A model generated the notes under the pieces. That model saw only the letters and a program-made list of their open reading frames with translations, did no database searches and was not told the DNA's origin. The position numbers and the translations under genes were made by a program. This document shows, one piece after another, positions 34,356 to 45,529 of a stretch of 48,541 nucleotides of DNA. Within the stretch, counting starts at the first letter, position 1. Every line of letters starts with the position of its first letter. The stretch is from an uncultured beta proteobacterium (GTDB lineage: Bacteria > Pseudomonadota > Gammaproteobacteria > Burkholderiales > Burkholderiaceae_C), in contig CAJBMJ010000292.1 of the NCBI GenBank assembly GCA_903954045.1, positions 1 through 48,541 on the forward strand. The letters are read 5' to 3'.

Positions 34356-34916
34356 TCAAACCGCCATGATGTCTTGTTCTTTGGATGCAACCAAACGGTC
34401 CACCTCAGCGATATGCCTGTCAGTCAGCTTTTGAATCTCCGATTCCGATCTCTTCTGGTCATCTTCAGAGGCCAGTTTGTCTTTGACAAGCTTCTTTACA
34501 GCCTCGTTGGCATCGCGTCTGAGATTGCGAATAGCTACTTTGGCACCCTCGCCCTCACCTCTTACCACCTTGGCGAGTTCTTTACGTCGCTCCTCTGTCA
34601 TCACGGGCATAGGAACTCGAATCAGCTCACCCATGCTGGAAGGGTTGAGCCCCAGATCGCTGTCACGAATCGCCTTTTCAATTTTGGCACCCATTCCCTT
34701 TTCCCATGGCTGAATACCGATGGTCCGCGAGTCGAGTAGCGAAAGATTGGCAACTTGACTAATAGGCAACATGGACCCGTAATAGTCGACCTGGACCGTA
34801 TCCAGCAATGCCGGATTGGCACGACCGGTCCGAATTTTCATCAGATTATTTTTGAAAGAATCGATGGACAGATCCATCTTGTTCTCCAGATTTGTTTTGA
34901 TTTCGTCAATTGCCAT
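34356..34916 (-). CDS. frr: Ribosome recycling factor
   Basis: [28 protein letters not shown] 34916 gives 186 aa. Confidence 0.98.
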   Translation of the reverse strand: MAIDEIKTNLENKMDLSIDSFKNNLMKIRTGRANPALLDTVQVDYYGSMLPISQVANLSLLDSRTIGIQPWEKGMGAKIEKAIRDSDLGLNPSSMGELIRVPMPVMTEERRKELAKVVRGEGEGAKVAIRNLRRDANEAVKKLVKDKLASEDDQKRSESEIQKLTDRHIAEVDRLVASKEQDIMAV

Positions 34917-34957
34917 AGAAACACCCCAAAGCCTTGAGAAACTAACCATCCACTAAT

Positions 34958-35680
34958 TTAAACGTGCACCAGTGTGCCTTCATCCTGGCCCAGGACAACG
35001 CGCTTCAGTGCACCATGCTTGAAAATTGAAAACACTTTGATTGGGAGTTTTTGATCCCGGCAAAGTGCAAAAGCTGCAGCGTCCATGATCCCCAGGTTCT
35101 GCGACATAGCTTCATCAAATGTGATCTTTGCATAACGCTTTGCCTTAGGATCTTTCTTGGGATCGGCACTGTAAACGCCATCGACTTTCGTGGCCTTCAG
35201 CACGATCTGGGCACCAATTTCAGCACCCCGCAATGCAGCAGCAGTATCGGTAGTGAAAAATGGATTGCCTGTGCCTGCCGCAAAGATGACCACCTTGCCT
35301 TCTTCGAGATATTGAAGGGCTTTCGGGCGCACGTAAGGCTCAACCACCTGTTCAATTCCGATGGCAGACATCACTCGGGCAGTCAGTCCCGCCTTGTTCA
35401 TGGTGTCGCCTAAAGCGAGGGCATTCATCACTGTCGCAAGCATGCCCATGTAATCGGCCGTGGCACGGTCCATACCAACAGAACCACCAGCTACTCCACG
35501 GAATATGTTTCCACCGCCGATGACGACAGCCACCTCCACACCCAACCGGGTTACTTCGGCAACCTCATCTACCATGCGAACAATAGTGTCGCGATTGATG
35601 CCAAATTGATCGTCACCCATCAAGGCCTCACCTGAAAGCTTCAACAAAATTCGCTTGTAGGCGGGCTTTTCTTTTTTCAT
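34958..35680 (-). CDS. pyrH: UMP kinase
   Basis: [25 protein letters not shown]. Confidence 0.98.
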   Translation of the reverse strand: MKKEKPAYKRILLKLSGEALMGDDQFGINRDTIVRMVDEVAEVTRLGVEVAVVIGGGNIFRGVAGGSVGMDRATADYMGMLATVMNALALGDTMNKAGLTARVMSAIGIEQVVEPYVRPKALQYLEEGKVVIFAAGTGNPFFTTDTAAALRGAEIGAQIVLKATKVDGVYSADPKKDPKAKRYAKITFDEAMSQNLGIMDAAAFALCRDQKLPIKVFSIFKHGALKRVVLGQDEGTLVHV

Positions 35681-35727
35681 GGGTGATTCACCGAGTTAAG
35701 CACAGGAGATGACAGAAGTTCGACAAC

Positions 35728-36651
35728 TCAGCTGGATTGTTTGGCAGCCGCCACCTGCGCAGCGACCTCGGCGGCGAAGTCGTCAACTTTCTTTTCAATG
35801 CCCTCGCCCACCACGTACAAGGTGAAAGCCTTGACAGTAGTGCTTGAAGCTTTCAACATTTGCTCGACAGTTTGCTTGTCATTCTTGACAAAGGGCTGAT
35901 TGAACAAAGAGACCTCTTTGAGGTATTTTTGCACACCACCTTCAATGCGCTTGGCAACGATTTCTGCACTCTGCACTGGCTTTCCAGCCGCAACCGCTAC
36001 CGCAGCGTCCTCAGCAGCCTTGGCAGCAGCCACTGAACGCTCCCGCTCCACCAGATCAGCAGGAACGTCACCACTCGACAGAGCCACAGGTTTCATGGCA
36101 GCGACATGCATAGCCACGTCTTTGGCAGCAACATCATCACCATCAAATTCGACAACAACACCAATGCGGGTGCCATGCAAATAGGTCGCCAACTTGGCTC
36201 CACTGGAAAAACGCTTGAAGCGACGGAATGTCATGTTCTCGCCAATTTTTCCAATCAAACCCTTGCGGACATCTTCAAGGGTGGGTCCGAAACCATCCTG
36301 TGAATAGGCCAAGGCGCCAAGCGCTGATACATCTGCGGGATTGTGTTGCGCGACCAGTGCGGCAGCGGTCTTCGCCAAAGCCAGGAAGCTGTCGTTCTTG
36401 GTTACAAAGTCTGTCTCACAGTTTACTTCGATCATTGAACCAACGACGCCGTCCACCGAAACAGCTACGACGCCTTCAGCGGTAACCCGAGCAGCAGCTT
36501 TTCCAGCTTTGCTGCCCAGCTTCACTCGTAGCAATTCTTCCGCCTTCACCATATCTCCATCAGCCTCAGTCAGTGCCTTCTTGCACTCCATCATGGGGGC
36601 ATCAGTTTTTCCACGCAGTTCTGCGACCATGCTTGCGGTAATTGCAGCCAT
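35728..36651 (-). CDS. tsf: Elongation factor Ts
   Basis: [30 protein letters not shown]. Confidence 0.98.
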   Translation of the reverse strand: MAAITASMVAELRGKTDAPMMECKKALTEADGDMVKAEELLRVKLGSKAGKAAARVTAEGVVAVSVDGVVGSMIEVNCETDFVTKNDSFLALAKTAAALVAQHNPADVSALGALAYSQDGFGPTLEDVRKGLIGKIGENMTFRRFKRFSSGAKLATYLHGTRIGVVVEFDGDDVAAKDVAMHVAAMKPVALSSGDVPADLVERERSVAAAKAAEDAAVAVAAGKPVQSAEIVAKRIEGGVQKYLKEVSLFNQPFVKNDKQTVEQMLKASSTTVKAFTLYVVGEGIEKKVDDFAAEVAAQVAAAKQSS

Positions 36652-36695
36652 TTCAATACTCCGAATTTAGTTAATTAGTTTACGCAAATGCAGCT

Positions 36696-36725
36696 AAAAA
36701 AAAAGGGCCACACAGCCCCTTTTTT
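36696..36725 (-). terminator. Intrinsic terminator/attenuator between rpsB and tsf
   Basis: A9-GGGC-CACACA-GCCC-C-T6. A GC stem followed by a U9 run on the transcribed strand. Confidence 0.7.
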
Positions 36726-36739
36726 AGAAGAAGGCCCAA

Positions 36740-37492
36740 TCAGGCGGCTGCCTCATTGACCTCTACGAATTCATCCTCGTTCTCGGCGGCGACTGCCTTG
36801 ACCACATCATCCACGGCGTTTGCACGCCCTTCCAAAATGGCGTCTGCGATACCGCGGGCATACAAGGTCACAGCCTTGGATGAATCATCATTTCCGGGAA
36901 TGACATAGTCGATGCCCTCTGGCGAGTGGTTGGAATCCACAACACCGATCAATGGAATGCCCAACTTGCGAGCCTCTGCAATCGCAATTTTGTGGTAACC
37001 CACATCAATCACAAAAATAGCATCAGGCAAGGAGGCCATGTCCTGAATACCGCCAATGTCTTTTTCCAGTTTTTCAAGTTCACGAGCAAACATCAATTGC
37101 TCTTTCTTGCTCATGCTGTCCAGACCAGCCTCTTGCTGCACTTTCATGTCTTTCAAGCGCTTGATGGAAGTTTTGACGGTCTTGAAATTCGTGAGCATGC
37201 CGCCCAACCAACGCTGGTCGACGAAAGGAACACCAGCGCGCTGAGCTTCGGCCGCAACTGTCTCGCGGGCTTGACGCTTTGTACCGACCATCAAAATAGT
37301 CCCGCGCTTGGCTGACAGCTGTCGAACGAACTTAGCTGCATCTTGAAACATCGGAAGTGATTTTTCAAGGTTGATGATATGAATTTTGTTGCGATGGCCA
37401 AAAATGAACGGGGCCATTTTGGGATTCCAGAAGCGGGTTTGGTGTCCAAAATGAACGCCGGCTTCCAGCATTTCGCGCATTGTTACTGCCAT
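36740..37492 (-). CDS. rpsB: 30S ribosomal protein S2
   Basis: [32 protein letters not shown] 37492 follows GGAG. Confidence 0.99.
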   Translation of the reverse strand: MAVTMREMLEAGVHFGHQTRFWNPKMAPFIFGHRNKIHIINLEKSLPMFQDAAKFVRQLSAKRGTILMVGTKRQARETVAAEAQRAGVPFVDQRWLGGMLTNFKTVKTSIKRLKDMKVQQEAGLDSMSKKEQLMFARELEKLEKDIGGIQDMASLPDAIFVIDVGYHKIAIAEARKLGIPLIGVVDSNHSPEGIDYVIPGNDDSSKAVTLYARGIADAILEGRANAVDDVVKAVAAENEDEFVEVNEAAA

Positions 37493-37649
37493 GTATATCT
37501 CCAAAGGTTAGGTCTTGAATTCAGCCCATTTATTGCATGTGCCACGCAAAAAGCTGGCTTGCAACACCTTGTTTGGACCGATTCGGTATTTCTCTACGCC
37601 AAGACACAACACCATGAAGTGCCCCTAGTAAAGCCTGTCGAGTATAGCA
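37493..37649 (-). promoter_or_regulatory. rpsB extended -10 promoter (TG-C-TATACT) and long 5' leader (probable S2 autoregulatory element)
   Basis: TGCTATACT on the minus strand at 37641-37649 and a ~140-nt leader containing GGTGT. S2 autoregulation through a structured leader is established in E. coli. Confidence 0.55.
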
Positions 37650-37782
37650 CTTCGTCGATCGAAATCGTGCTTAGCAAGCATCACCTTGACTAAGGGGCAA
37701 ATAGTCTTTCTTGGCGAAAAAAGTGTCTGCAACCGCCCGGTACTGACACAATAGGCGCTAACAAACCAACCCATTTCGCACC

Positions 37783-38625
37783 ATGAGTCCCGAGCTTTCG
37801 CAAAAACTCGCAGCCGCCGTAGATGGCATGCCGGCATTTCCAAAGAGCGTACAACGCATTCTGGACCTCACTCGCGATGTCAACAGTACCCCAAAAGACC
37901 TGGTTGAAGTCATTGACAAGGACCCCGTGGTGACGGTCAAGGTGCTCAAGGTCGTCAACTCTGCCTACTACAGCCTTCCAAAGCAGATCACATCCATTGG
38001 GCATGCGGTGGTCTACCTTGGCTTCAATACGATCAAGAATTTGGCTTTGAGCATTGCAGCCATTGGCATGCTTCCCAAAGACAACGCTGCGGGATTTGAT
38101 GTTGATCAATATTTGCTGCATTCCCTGGCTACCGCGGGCATTGCAAAACAACTTGCATTACGTACTGACAATGCCGATCCGATGGACTGCTTCATTGCTG
38201 GTTTATTGCACGACTTCGGCAAAGTGGTTTTTGCGCAGTTCATGCCGCAGGAGTTCAAAGCCGCTTTGGATGTGAGCAAGAATAGCGCTGGATCTCTGCA
38301 CAGTGCAATGCATGAAGCCATCGGAGTGGACCATGTCATTGTGGGGGCCATGCTGGCAGAGAAGTGGCGATTTGCCCCACATCTGATTGAGACTATTCGG
38401 CATCAGCATGTTTCAGACCTGAAAGATACCGACATGATTGCCTGCGTCTTCGCAGGCAATCAAATCAGCAAGAAATTAAAGTTCGGTTTTGGGGGAAATC
38501 CTTGTTTTGATGAATTTCCACCTCAAATTCAGAAACGCTTGGGAGGTGACATGGATGCCGTCATTGGCTCTCTGGGTGACCTGAATGCATTGTTTGACGA
38601 AGCACAACTGTTCGCGAGTCTTTAA
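37783..38625 (+). CDS. HDOD domain protein
   Basis: MPAFP, DPVVTVKVLKVVNSAYY, ITSIGHAVVYLG, AGLLHDFGK, DHVIVGAMLAEKW. Confidence 0.9.
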   Translation: MSPELSQKLAAAVDGMPAFPKSVQRILDLTRDVNSTPKDLVEVIDKDPVVTVKVLKVVNSAYYSLPKQITSIGHAVVYLGFNTIKNLALSIAAIGMLPKDNAAGFDVDQYLLHSLATAGIAKQLALRTDNADPMDCFIAGLLHDFGKVVFAQFMPQEFKAALDVSKNSAGSLHSAMHEAIGVDHVIVGAMLAEKWRFAPHLIETIRHQHVSDLKDTDMIACVFAGNQISKKLKFGFGGNPCFDEFPPQIQKRLGGDMDAVIGSLGDLNALFDEAQLFASL

Positions 38626-38634
38626 GGTGAGCAC

Positions 38635-39522
38635 ATGAGAGTGAAGTTTTGGGGGGTGCGAGGTTCTATTCCCTGTCCGGGACCGAATACGGTGCGTTAT
38701 GGGGGAAATACGACCTGCATTGAAGTCAGGACAGACGACAACGAACTGATCGTTCTCGATGCAGGCACGGGCATCTACCAGCTATCACAAGCTTTGCTGA
38801 AAGAGTTGCCGGTGACCGCGAATATTCTCATTACGCACACCCACTGGGATCACATTCAGGGACTGCCACTCTTCATACCCAATTTCATTCCTGGAAACAC
38901 ATTGCGGTTACATGGGGGCTTTGATCCTGTTTCCGGACGTGGGGTCGAACAAGTGATGGCCGTTCAGTTGCAGTACAGTTTTTTTCCTGTTCGCGAAGTA
39001 GAAATGAAAGCGCGAATGGAATACGTCACACTCTCTCCGAACGAGTCAGTTCAAATCGGATCTGCAAAGGTGACGCCCTGCCTTTTAAATCATCCGGTCG
39101 TCGACTTTGGATATCGAATTGAATGCAATGGCAAATCCATATTCTTCACGGGCGACCATGAGCCTCCTTACAACATTTACGAGCCTGATGATGACGGATA
39201 TTCTGACTATCAAACCTTTGTAGATGAAAAAAACGAAAGCATTCTGAATGCCATGCGAGGCGTGGACGTATTGATTGCCGACTGCTCCTATACAGATGCC
39301 GAATACTCCGGGAAGAAAGGTTGGGGCCACGGGACATTTGGTACGTCTATAGCAACGGCCAAAGCAGTCGGTGCCAAGGTTCTCTATTGCACGCACCATG
39401 AACCCACCCGAACTGACGATGCACTGGACGCAGTTTTTGCGAAGGTGTTGGCAGACCACGCAGACCAACTTGGCGGGCTGGAGGTTCGATTAGCGAAAGA
39501 AGGTGATGCCATCGACTTCTGA
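38635..39522 (+). CDS. MBL-fold metallo-hydrolase (RNase Z/phosphodiesterase-like)
   Basis: FWGVRGSIP..YGGNTTC, LDAGTG, THTHWDH (HxHxDH), GDHE, GWGH, HHEP. Confidence 0.9.
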   Translation: MRVKFWGVRGSIPCPGPNTVRYGGNTTCIEVRTDDNELIVLDAGTGIYQLSQALLKELPVTANILITHTHWDHIQGLPLFIPNFIPGNTLRLHGGFDPVSGRGVEQVMAVQLQYSFFPVREVEMKARMEYVTLSPNESVQIGSAKVTPCLLNHPVVDFGYRIECNGKSIFFTGDHEPPYNIYEPDDDGYSDYQTFVDEKNESILNAMRGVDVLIADCSYTDAEYSGKKGWGHGTFGTSIATAKAVGAKVLYCTHHEPTRTDDALDAVFAKVLADHADQLGGLEVRLAKEGDAIDF

Positions 39523-40957
39523 ACATATTCTGGGCGCTTTGGGTCCATCTTCGGGAAAGTCCTATCCCCTGCACGACATTCAATCGACGCGCGTGCTGGA
39601 GGGCTACGAGGATGCCAGCCTGGAAAATGACACTCTCATGCAAAGGGCCGGAAAAGCAACGGCAAGTTTGGCGCTTGCGGTATGTCCATTTGCCAAAGTT
39701 TTTTGGGTAGCTTGTGGCCCGGGGAATAATGGTGGCGATGGCTATGAGGCAGCTGTCTGGTTGAAGCACTGGGGCAAAGCAGTAGAAATTACCGATTGCA
39801 GTGACGCGCATTCGAGGTCTGGTGAAGCCATCAAGGCGGTGAATGCCGCAAGTTATCTGGGCATTCCCGTAAGCCCAATCGCTCCAGAGAAGTTTGACGT
39901 CTGTATCGATGCAATATTTGGAATTGGAAAAGTTCGCGCATTTAACTCCACACACGCCGAATGGATACAGCGTATCAACGCTAGCGGAAAGCCTGTGATT
40001 TCAGTGGACGTTCCCACTGGATTGAACGCCGATACAGGCGACGCGAATCCATTGCATATACGTGCGAATCACACCCTAAGCCTACTCACTCTGAAGCCTG
40101 GTCTTTTTACAGGAAATGGGCGCGATGCATGCGGGGAAATTTGGTTCAATGACTTGGGTATTGATTCAGACGTAGGACCATGTGCGCGACTTTCAGGCGC
40201 ACCCAAACTAACACAGCGCAACCATGCCAGCCACAAAGGCAGCTATGGCGACGTTTGTATCGTTGGAGGAGCAAATGGTATGCGAGGTGCCGCCTACTTG
40301 GCGGGTACGGCTGCACTGAGTGGCGGAGCAGGCCGCACTTACCTTAGCCTGCTTTCGCAAGCCAGCGAAGACGGATCAGCTTATCCAGAACTGATGCGAA
40401 AAAACTATGCTTCACTTGATTTGACACGCACTACGGTGGTTGCAGGATGCGGAGGGGGCACATCAATCGCAGAAGCACTACCAGGCTTGATTGAAGGGTC
40501 TGCCAATCTGGTGTTGGATGCGGATGCACTCAACCAGATAGCAAGAACCCCTGAATTGCGGAAGTTGATGAAAAGACGAGACCCGGGACGTACTGTACTT
40601 ACCCCTCATCCGCTGGAAGCCGCCAGACTCATTGGCTCTGAAGTTTCGGAAGTGCAATCAAACAGGTTAATCACTGCACAAAAGATAGCCCACGAACTTC
40701 AATGCGCAGTAGTTCTCAAGGGTTCTGGGACAGTAATTGCTTCACCAACAGAGATACCCGCAATCAACCCGACCGGCAATGCCTGTTTGGCGACTGCTGG
40801 AACTGGCGATGTGCTGGCGGGGCTGGTAGGCGCAAAAATGGCAGCTGGCACTTCTGCCTTTGAAGCAGCCCGAACCGCCGCTTATCAGCATGGTATGACG
40901 GCTGACCGTTGGCATGGAAGTACTCTCACTGCAAGGGCATTGGCCCAGTCGTTCTAA
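39503..40957 (+). CDS. nnr: Bifunctional NAD(P)H-hydrate epimerase/dehydratase
   Basis: CGPGNNGGDG, DAIFGIG, DVPTG, HKGSYG, LTPHPLEAARL, LATAGTGDVLAG. Start is GTG 39503 or ATG 39506. Confidence 0.93.
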   Translation: MMPSTSEHILGALGPSSGKSYPLHDIQSTRVLEGYEDASLENDTLMQRAGKATASLALAVCPFAKVFWVACGPGNNGGDGYEAAVWLKHWGKAVEITDCSDAHSRSGEAIKAVNAASYLGIPVSPIAPEKFDVCIDAIFGIGKVRAFNSTHAEWIQRINASGKPVISVDVPTGLNADTGDANPLHIRANHTLSLLTLKPGLFTGNGRDACGEIWFNDLGIDSDVGPCARLSGAPKLTQRNHASHKGSYGDVCIVGGANGMRGAAYLAGTAALSGGAGRTYLSLLSQASEDGSAYPELMRKNYASLDLTRTTVVAGCGGGTSIAEALPGLIEGSANLVLDADALNQIARTPELRKLMKRRDPGRTVLTPHPLEAARLIGSEVSEVQSNRLITAQKIAHELQCAVVLKGSGTVIASPTEIPAINPTGNACLATAGTGDVLAGLVGAKMAAGTSAFEAARTAAYQHGMTADRWHGSTLTARALAQSF

Positions 40958-40961
40958 TTTT

Positions 40962-43166
40962 TTAGCGGCGCTTCTTCGCTACGCTGGTTCGCTTGCTCTT
41001 TTCCGGGAAACCACTGGATCGTACCGATTTGCTGGAAGAGCGTGAGCGCATTTCAGACTTTTGCGCTGCCTTGTCTCTGGCGGAAAGCGATTCAAAGTGC
41101 TCTGGCTTGGCAAGTAGTGCATCGTTGTCATGAACCAAGCGAAAGTCTATTTTCCGTCCATCCAAGTCCACCCGACTTACCTGGATTCGCACGCGCGTCC
41201 CGATTGAGTAACGGGTACCGGTTCGTTCGCCCCGCAACTCTTGACGCATTTCATCAAATCGGAAATATTCACCACCTAGCTCGGTGATGTGGACCAGTCC
41301 CTCCACATACATCGCATCCAATGTGACGAACAAACCGAAACTTGTCGCAGATGTAACAACTCCCCCATATTCCTCGCCCAAATGCTCACGCATATATTTG
41401 CATTTCAGCCAGGCCTCCACATCCCTGCTAGCCTCGTCCGCCCGCCTCTCGTTGGCACTGCAATGCAATCCAGCGGCTTGCCAAGCCATGCCTTCCGCAT
41501 TTGATTTGCTGGGTAAAGGCGATTGAGTGGATTTAAATGCCTGGCCCTTTTCAAGTCGTCGGGCCAGCTTGGCATGGGCTTCCCCAGGTGTCGGCAGGGC
41601 TGGCAATTGGTATTTGGATTTCGCCAGAATGGCCTTGATCACCCTGTGCACCAGCAAATCTGGATAGCGACGAATGGGGCTGGTGAAATGGGTATAGGCA
41701 TCAAAGGCAAGACCAAAATGCCCACTATTGATCGGCGTATATATTGCTTGCTGCATGGAGCGCAGCAACATGGAGTGAATTTGCTGAGCGTCTGGTCGGT
41801 CTTTTGTGGCAAGTGCAATTGCTTGAAACTCACCGGGACTGGGGTCATCGCTGATACTCAATCCGATACCCGTTGCCTTCAAATAGTTGCGCAGGATCTC
41901 TTTTTTTTCAGGTGTCGGCCCTTCATGCACGCGAAACAAACCAGGGTGCTTGCCCTGTGAAATGAATTCCGCACTACACACGTTAGCGGCCAGCATGGCC
42001 TCCTCAATCATCCGATGCGCCACGTTTCGGGTACGGGGAACAATTTTTTCAATTCGCCCATTGTCATCACACACAATCTGCGTTTCAGTTGTTTCAAAAT
42101 CAACTGCTCCCCGTTTTTGACGGGCCTTCAGCAACGCCTGAAACACTCCGTGCAAATGCAACAGGTCGTCCACCCTAGCCTTTCGTTTGCTTGCTTCTGG
42201 ACCACGGGTGTTGCTCAGAATGGCTGCCACTTCCGTGTAGGTGAAGCGTGCGTGACTCCACATCAGTGCAGGGTAAAACTGATAGGCCTCTACCGCTCCC
42301 TCCTGGGAAATGAGCATGTCGCAAACCATGCACAAGCGCTCCACCTCCGGATTGAGTGAACAAAGTCCATTAGAGAGCTTCTCCGGGAGCATGGGTATCA
42401 CTCTGCGCGGGAAGTAAACGCTGGTCGCCCGGTCATAGGCGTCTACATCAATGGCAGATCCGGTTTGCACGTAGTGACTGACATCAGCAATGGCCACCAA
42501 CAACCGCCAGCCCTTTACCGCAGCCTTACCTCGCCCCTTGCTGACAGGCTCACAGTAAACCGCATCGTCAAAATCGCGTGCGTCTTCGCCGTCGATAGTC
42601 ACCAAGGGTATGTCCGTAAGGTCTACACGGTCCACTCGGTCCTGGGGCCGCACTTTCTCAGGCAAAGTTCTGGCCAGCGCAACACAAGACTCCGAAAACT
42701 CGTGCGGGACAGAATACTTGCGCACGGCAATTTCAATCTCCATTCCGGGATCGTCCACCTCACCAAGAACTTCTTTGATGCGACCCACAGGCTGCCCAAA
42801 AAGTGCCGGTGGCTCGACCAGTTCTACGACTACTACCTGACCTGGTTTAGCGACACTGGTAGCTCCCTTGGGGATGAGGACATCCTGCCCGTAGCGCTTG
42901 TCCTCCGGTGCGACCAACCACACACCACTTTCTTGCAAAAGACGACCAATAATGGGTTGCGCAGATCGCTCCACAATCTCAGCAACACGTCCTTCGGGAC
43001 GCCCTTTGCGGTCGCTGCGAACAATGCGCACTTTTACGCGATCTTTGTGCAATACCGCCCGCATTTCATTCGGAGGCAAATAGATGTCTGGCGCACCATC
43101 GTCGCGCGATACAAATCCATGGCCATCGCGATGACCCTGAACTATTCCTTCAACTTCGTCCAGCAA
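40962..43166 (-). CDS. rnr: Ribonuclease R (start uncertain)
   Basis: GHRDGHGF cold-shock domain, TIDGEDARDFDDA, HFTSPIRRYPD, S1 domain, basic tail. TTG 43166 chosen because the longer ORF runs into the tRNA. Confidence 0.93.
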   Translation of the reverse strand: MLDEVEGIVQGHRDGHGFVSRDDGAPDIYLPPNEMRAVLHKDRVKVRIVRSDRKGRPEGRVAEIVERSAQPIIGRLLQESGVWLVAPEDKRYGQDVLIPKGATSVAKPGQVVVVELVEPPALFGQPVGRIKEVLGEVDDPGMEIEIAVRKYSVPHEFSESCVALARTLPEKVRPQDRVDRVDLTDIPLVTIDGEDARDFDDAVYCEPVSKGRGKAAVKGWRLLVAIADVSHYVQTGSAIDVDAYDRATSVYFPRRVIPMLPEKLSNGLCSLNPEVERLCMVCDMLISQEGAVEAYQFYPALMWSHARFTYTEVAAILSNTRGPEASKRKARVDDLLHLHGVFQALLKARQKRGAVDFETTETQIVCDDNGRIEKIVPRTRNVAHRMIEEAMLAANVCSAEFISQGKHPGLFRVHEGPTPEKKEILRNYLKATGIGLSISDDPSPGEFQAIALATKDRPDAQQIHSMLLRSMQQAIYTPINSGHFGLAFDAYTHFTSPIRRYPDLLVHRVIKAILAKSKYQLPALPTPGEAHAKLARRLEKGQAFKSTQSPLPSKSNAEGMAWQAAGLHCSANERRADEASRDVEAWLKCKYMREHLGEEYGGVVTSATSFGLFVTLDAMYVEGLVHITELGGEYFRFDEMRQELRGERTGTRYSIGTRVRIQVSRVDLDGRKIDFRLVHDNDALLAKPEHFESLSARDKAAQKSEMRSRSSSKSVRSSGFPEKSKRTSVAKKRR

Positions 43167-43216
43167 GCCGCTGGGTTGGCCTAAATGTTTGATATACTTT
43201 CTCTCTTTCCTGAGAT

Positions 43217-43301
<85 letters not shown>

Positions 43302-43322
43302 ACAATGGTAATGTAGATATTG

Positions 43323-43351
43323 AAAGCCGCTTGTTTCTAGCGGCTTTTTTT
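43323..43351. terminator. Intrinsic terminator after tRNA-Leu (possibly bidirectional with rimO)
   Basis: AAAGCCGCT-TGTTTCT-AGCGGCTTTTTTT. Confidence 0.85.
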
Positions 43352-43392
43352 ATTTGTTTTCGTGATTGGGAGAACCTGAAACAACAAAACAT

Positions 43393-44793
43393 TCAGATGG
43401 GCAAAGCTACCAAGTCGTGTCCATTCGCACTCAATACGCGCGCCTTGGTGAAATCACCCACCTTAAGTGTCTTGCTGATTTTTTCTGGTGGCAAAAGTCT
43501 GACCACACCGTCTATTTCGGGCGCATCTGCATAGCTTCTGCCAACACCCCCCTTTTTGCCCATGCCGGGCGCAGAATCCACCAACACCTGCATGATCGAC
43601 CCAACGCGACGCTGAAGTCTGATGGACGAAACTTCTTCCGTAACTGCCATGAACCTCGCACGTCTCTCTTCTCTCAATTCGATAGGCAACATGCCTGGAA
43701 GACTGTTGGCCGTCGCACCATCAACTGCGCTGTAGGCAAAACAACCTGCCCGGTCGATTTGTGCCTCTCGTACAAAGTCCAGCAAATGGGCAAATTCGTC
43801 TTCAGTTTCGCCAGGGAAACCCGCAATAAACGTACTTCGAATGACGAGCTCGGGGCAGGCATCACGCCAGGCCTGAATGCGCTCGAGGTGACGTTCACCG
43901 CTGGCTGGGCGTTTCATACGCCTGAGTACATCTGGGTGACTGTGCTGCAGAGGAACGTCCAGATAAGGCAGGACCCGTCCTGTGGCCATCAGAGGAATGA
44001 TTTCGTCCACACTAGGGTACGGGTATACATAGTGCAAACGCACCCAGGCTCCATAGGGTTCTGCCAAATCCCCAAGCTGTTGAACCAACTCCAGCATTCT
44101 GGTTTTTACCGGCTTTCCGTCCCAAAAGCCGATGCGATATTTCACATCTACCCCATAGGCCGACGTATCCTGACTTATCACTAATAGTTCTTTAACTCCA
44201 CCTTCGAACAAGGCTTTTGCTTCAGTCAGCACGTCACCAATAGAGCGGGAAACCAGATCACCGCGCATGGAAGGAATAATGCAAAAGGTACAGCGATGGT
44301 TGCATCCCTCGCTGATCTTCAGGTACGCGTAGTGCCGTGGCGTGAGTTTGATTCCGGCCACCCCAAAGCCGTTGGGTACCAAGTCAACGAAAGGATCGTG
44401 TGGTTTAGGAAGGTTGAGGTGCACTGCATCCATCACTTCCTGCGTCGCATGGGGCCCGGTTACAGCCAGCACTTTCGGGTGCATTTTCCTGACCAGATTC
44501 CCACCGCCTTCTGCGGATTTGGCCCCAAGGCACCCCGTAACGATGACTCGACCGTTTTCGGCAAGGGCCTCACCAATGGTGTCCAGACTTTCTTTCACTG
44601 CATCGTCAATGAATCCGCAGGTGTTCACGATGACCAGGTCTGCACCCTCAAAGGTTTTGGACGTCCTGTATCCCTCTGCACTGAGCTGAGTCAATATCAA
44701 CTCTGAATCTGTGAGCGCCTTGGGACAACCTAAAGAGACGAAGCCCACCTTGGGTGCGTCAGGCGCAACGGCGCGAGCATTCGCTTCACTCAT
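43393..44793 (-). CDS. rimO: Ribosomal protein S12 methylthiotransferase
   Basis: [19 protein letters not shown], radical-SAM [20 protein letters not shown] domain. Confidence 0.97.
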   Translation of the reverse strand: MSEANARAVAPDAPKVGFVSLGCPKALTDSELILTQLSAEGYRTSKTFEGADLVIVNTCGFIDDAVKESLDTIGEALAENGRVIVTGCLGAKSAEGGGNLVRKMHPKVLAVTGPHATQEVMDAVHLNLPKPHDPFVDLVPNGFGVAGIKLTPRHYAYLKISEGCNHRCTFCIIPSMRGDLVSRSIGDVLTEAKALFEGGVKELLVISQDTSAYGVDVKYRIGFWDGKPVKTRMLELVQQLGDLAEPYGAWVRLHYVYPYPSVDEIIPLMATGRVLPYLDVPLQHSHPDVLRRMKRPASGERHLERIQAWRDACPELVIRSTFIAGFPGETEDEFAHLLDFVREAQIDRAGCFAYSAVDGATANSLPGMLPIELREERRARFMAVTEEVSSIRLQRRVGSIMQVLVDSAPGMGKKGGVGRSYADAPEIDGVVRLLPPEKISKTLKVGDFTKARVLSANGHDLVALPI

Positions 44794-44835
44794 AAATTGA
44801 ACTCCCCAATTCCCAAAGTGTGCAGTTGGGATGAA

Positions 44836-45285
44836 TTAACGCTTGATGCCAAAAGTACCTAAAAATTGCTCCGTTTGCTTCTGCATATGCTCCTGCATTT
44901 GCTGAAAAACGTTATTCCCCATCACACCTTGCACCACTGGCACTTGCAAATCCATGAGCGCTTGAATGTTCTTCTCGAGGTACCCTCCCATCATTCCCTG
45001 CATCGCGTGCCCATAAAAGCGAATGATGTTGGAAAGCACCGGCGCAGTAAACATCGGAGAACCATGCGCCTCCTCCTCAAGAATGATTTGCAGCAAAATG
45101 CTTCGGGTCAGGTCATCGCCAGTCTTTGCATCCCGCACCGCAAACTTTTCACTGTCCATGACCAACTGCTTGATTTCAGACAGAGTGATATAGCTGGACG
45201 TATCGGTGTCATACAGGCGACGGTTAGGATACTTTTTGATGACCCGTTCGGTCGGTTTTCCGTCTTTGGAATGGGATTTTTGCAT
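44836..45285 (-). CDS. phaR: Polyhydroxyalkanoate synthesis repressor
   Basis: IKKYPNRRLYDT..SSYITL and DLTRSILLQIILEEE. Confidence 0.95.
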   Translation of the reverse strand: MQKSHSKDGKPTERVIKKYPNRRLYDTDTSSYITLSEIKQLVMDSEKFAVRDAKTGDDLTRSILLQIILEEEAHGSPMFTAPVLSNIIRFYGHAMQGMMGGYLEKNIQALMDLQVPVVQGVMGNNVFQQMQEHMQKQTEQFLGTFGIKR

Positions 45286-45399
45286 TGCGGCGGATTCTGG
45301 ACGAAGTACTCGACCAAGATAGTATTGCGGTGCAGCAGATTGTAGGTTTGAACCGCAGAGGTGGCCCGTAGGTTAACCCTAGGATGATTCGAATGAGTT

Positions 45400-45476
45400 T
45401 GGTAGGCGCAATTGGACTCGAACCAACGACCCCCACCATGTCAAGGTGGTGCTCTAACCAGCTGAGCTATGCGCCT
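45400..45476 (-). tRNA. tRNA-Val(GAC)
   Basis: Minus strand AGGCGCATAGCTCAGCTGGTTAGAGCACCACCTTGACATGGTGGGGGTCGTTGGTTCGAGTCCAATTGCGCCTACCA; 77 nt. Confidence 0.97.
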
Positions 45477-45529
45477 ACATATTCGAGTCCGCTATTGTAG
45501 CAGTTATCAAACTGAAATTCCCTTTGAAC

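Noticed and set aside
36682-36710. ACGCAAATGCAGCTAAAAAAAAAGGGC as a fourth copy of the intragenic motif
   Set aside because: Only GCAGCTA matches. The upstream CCT..CGCCC block is missing and the A-run is explained by the rpsB-tsf terminator.
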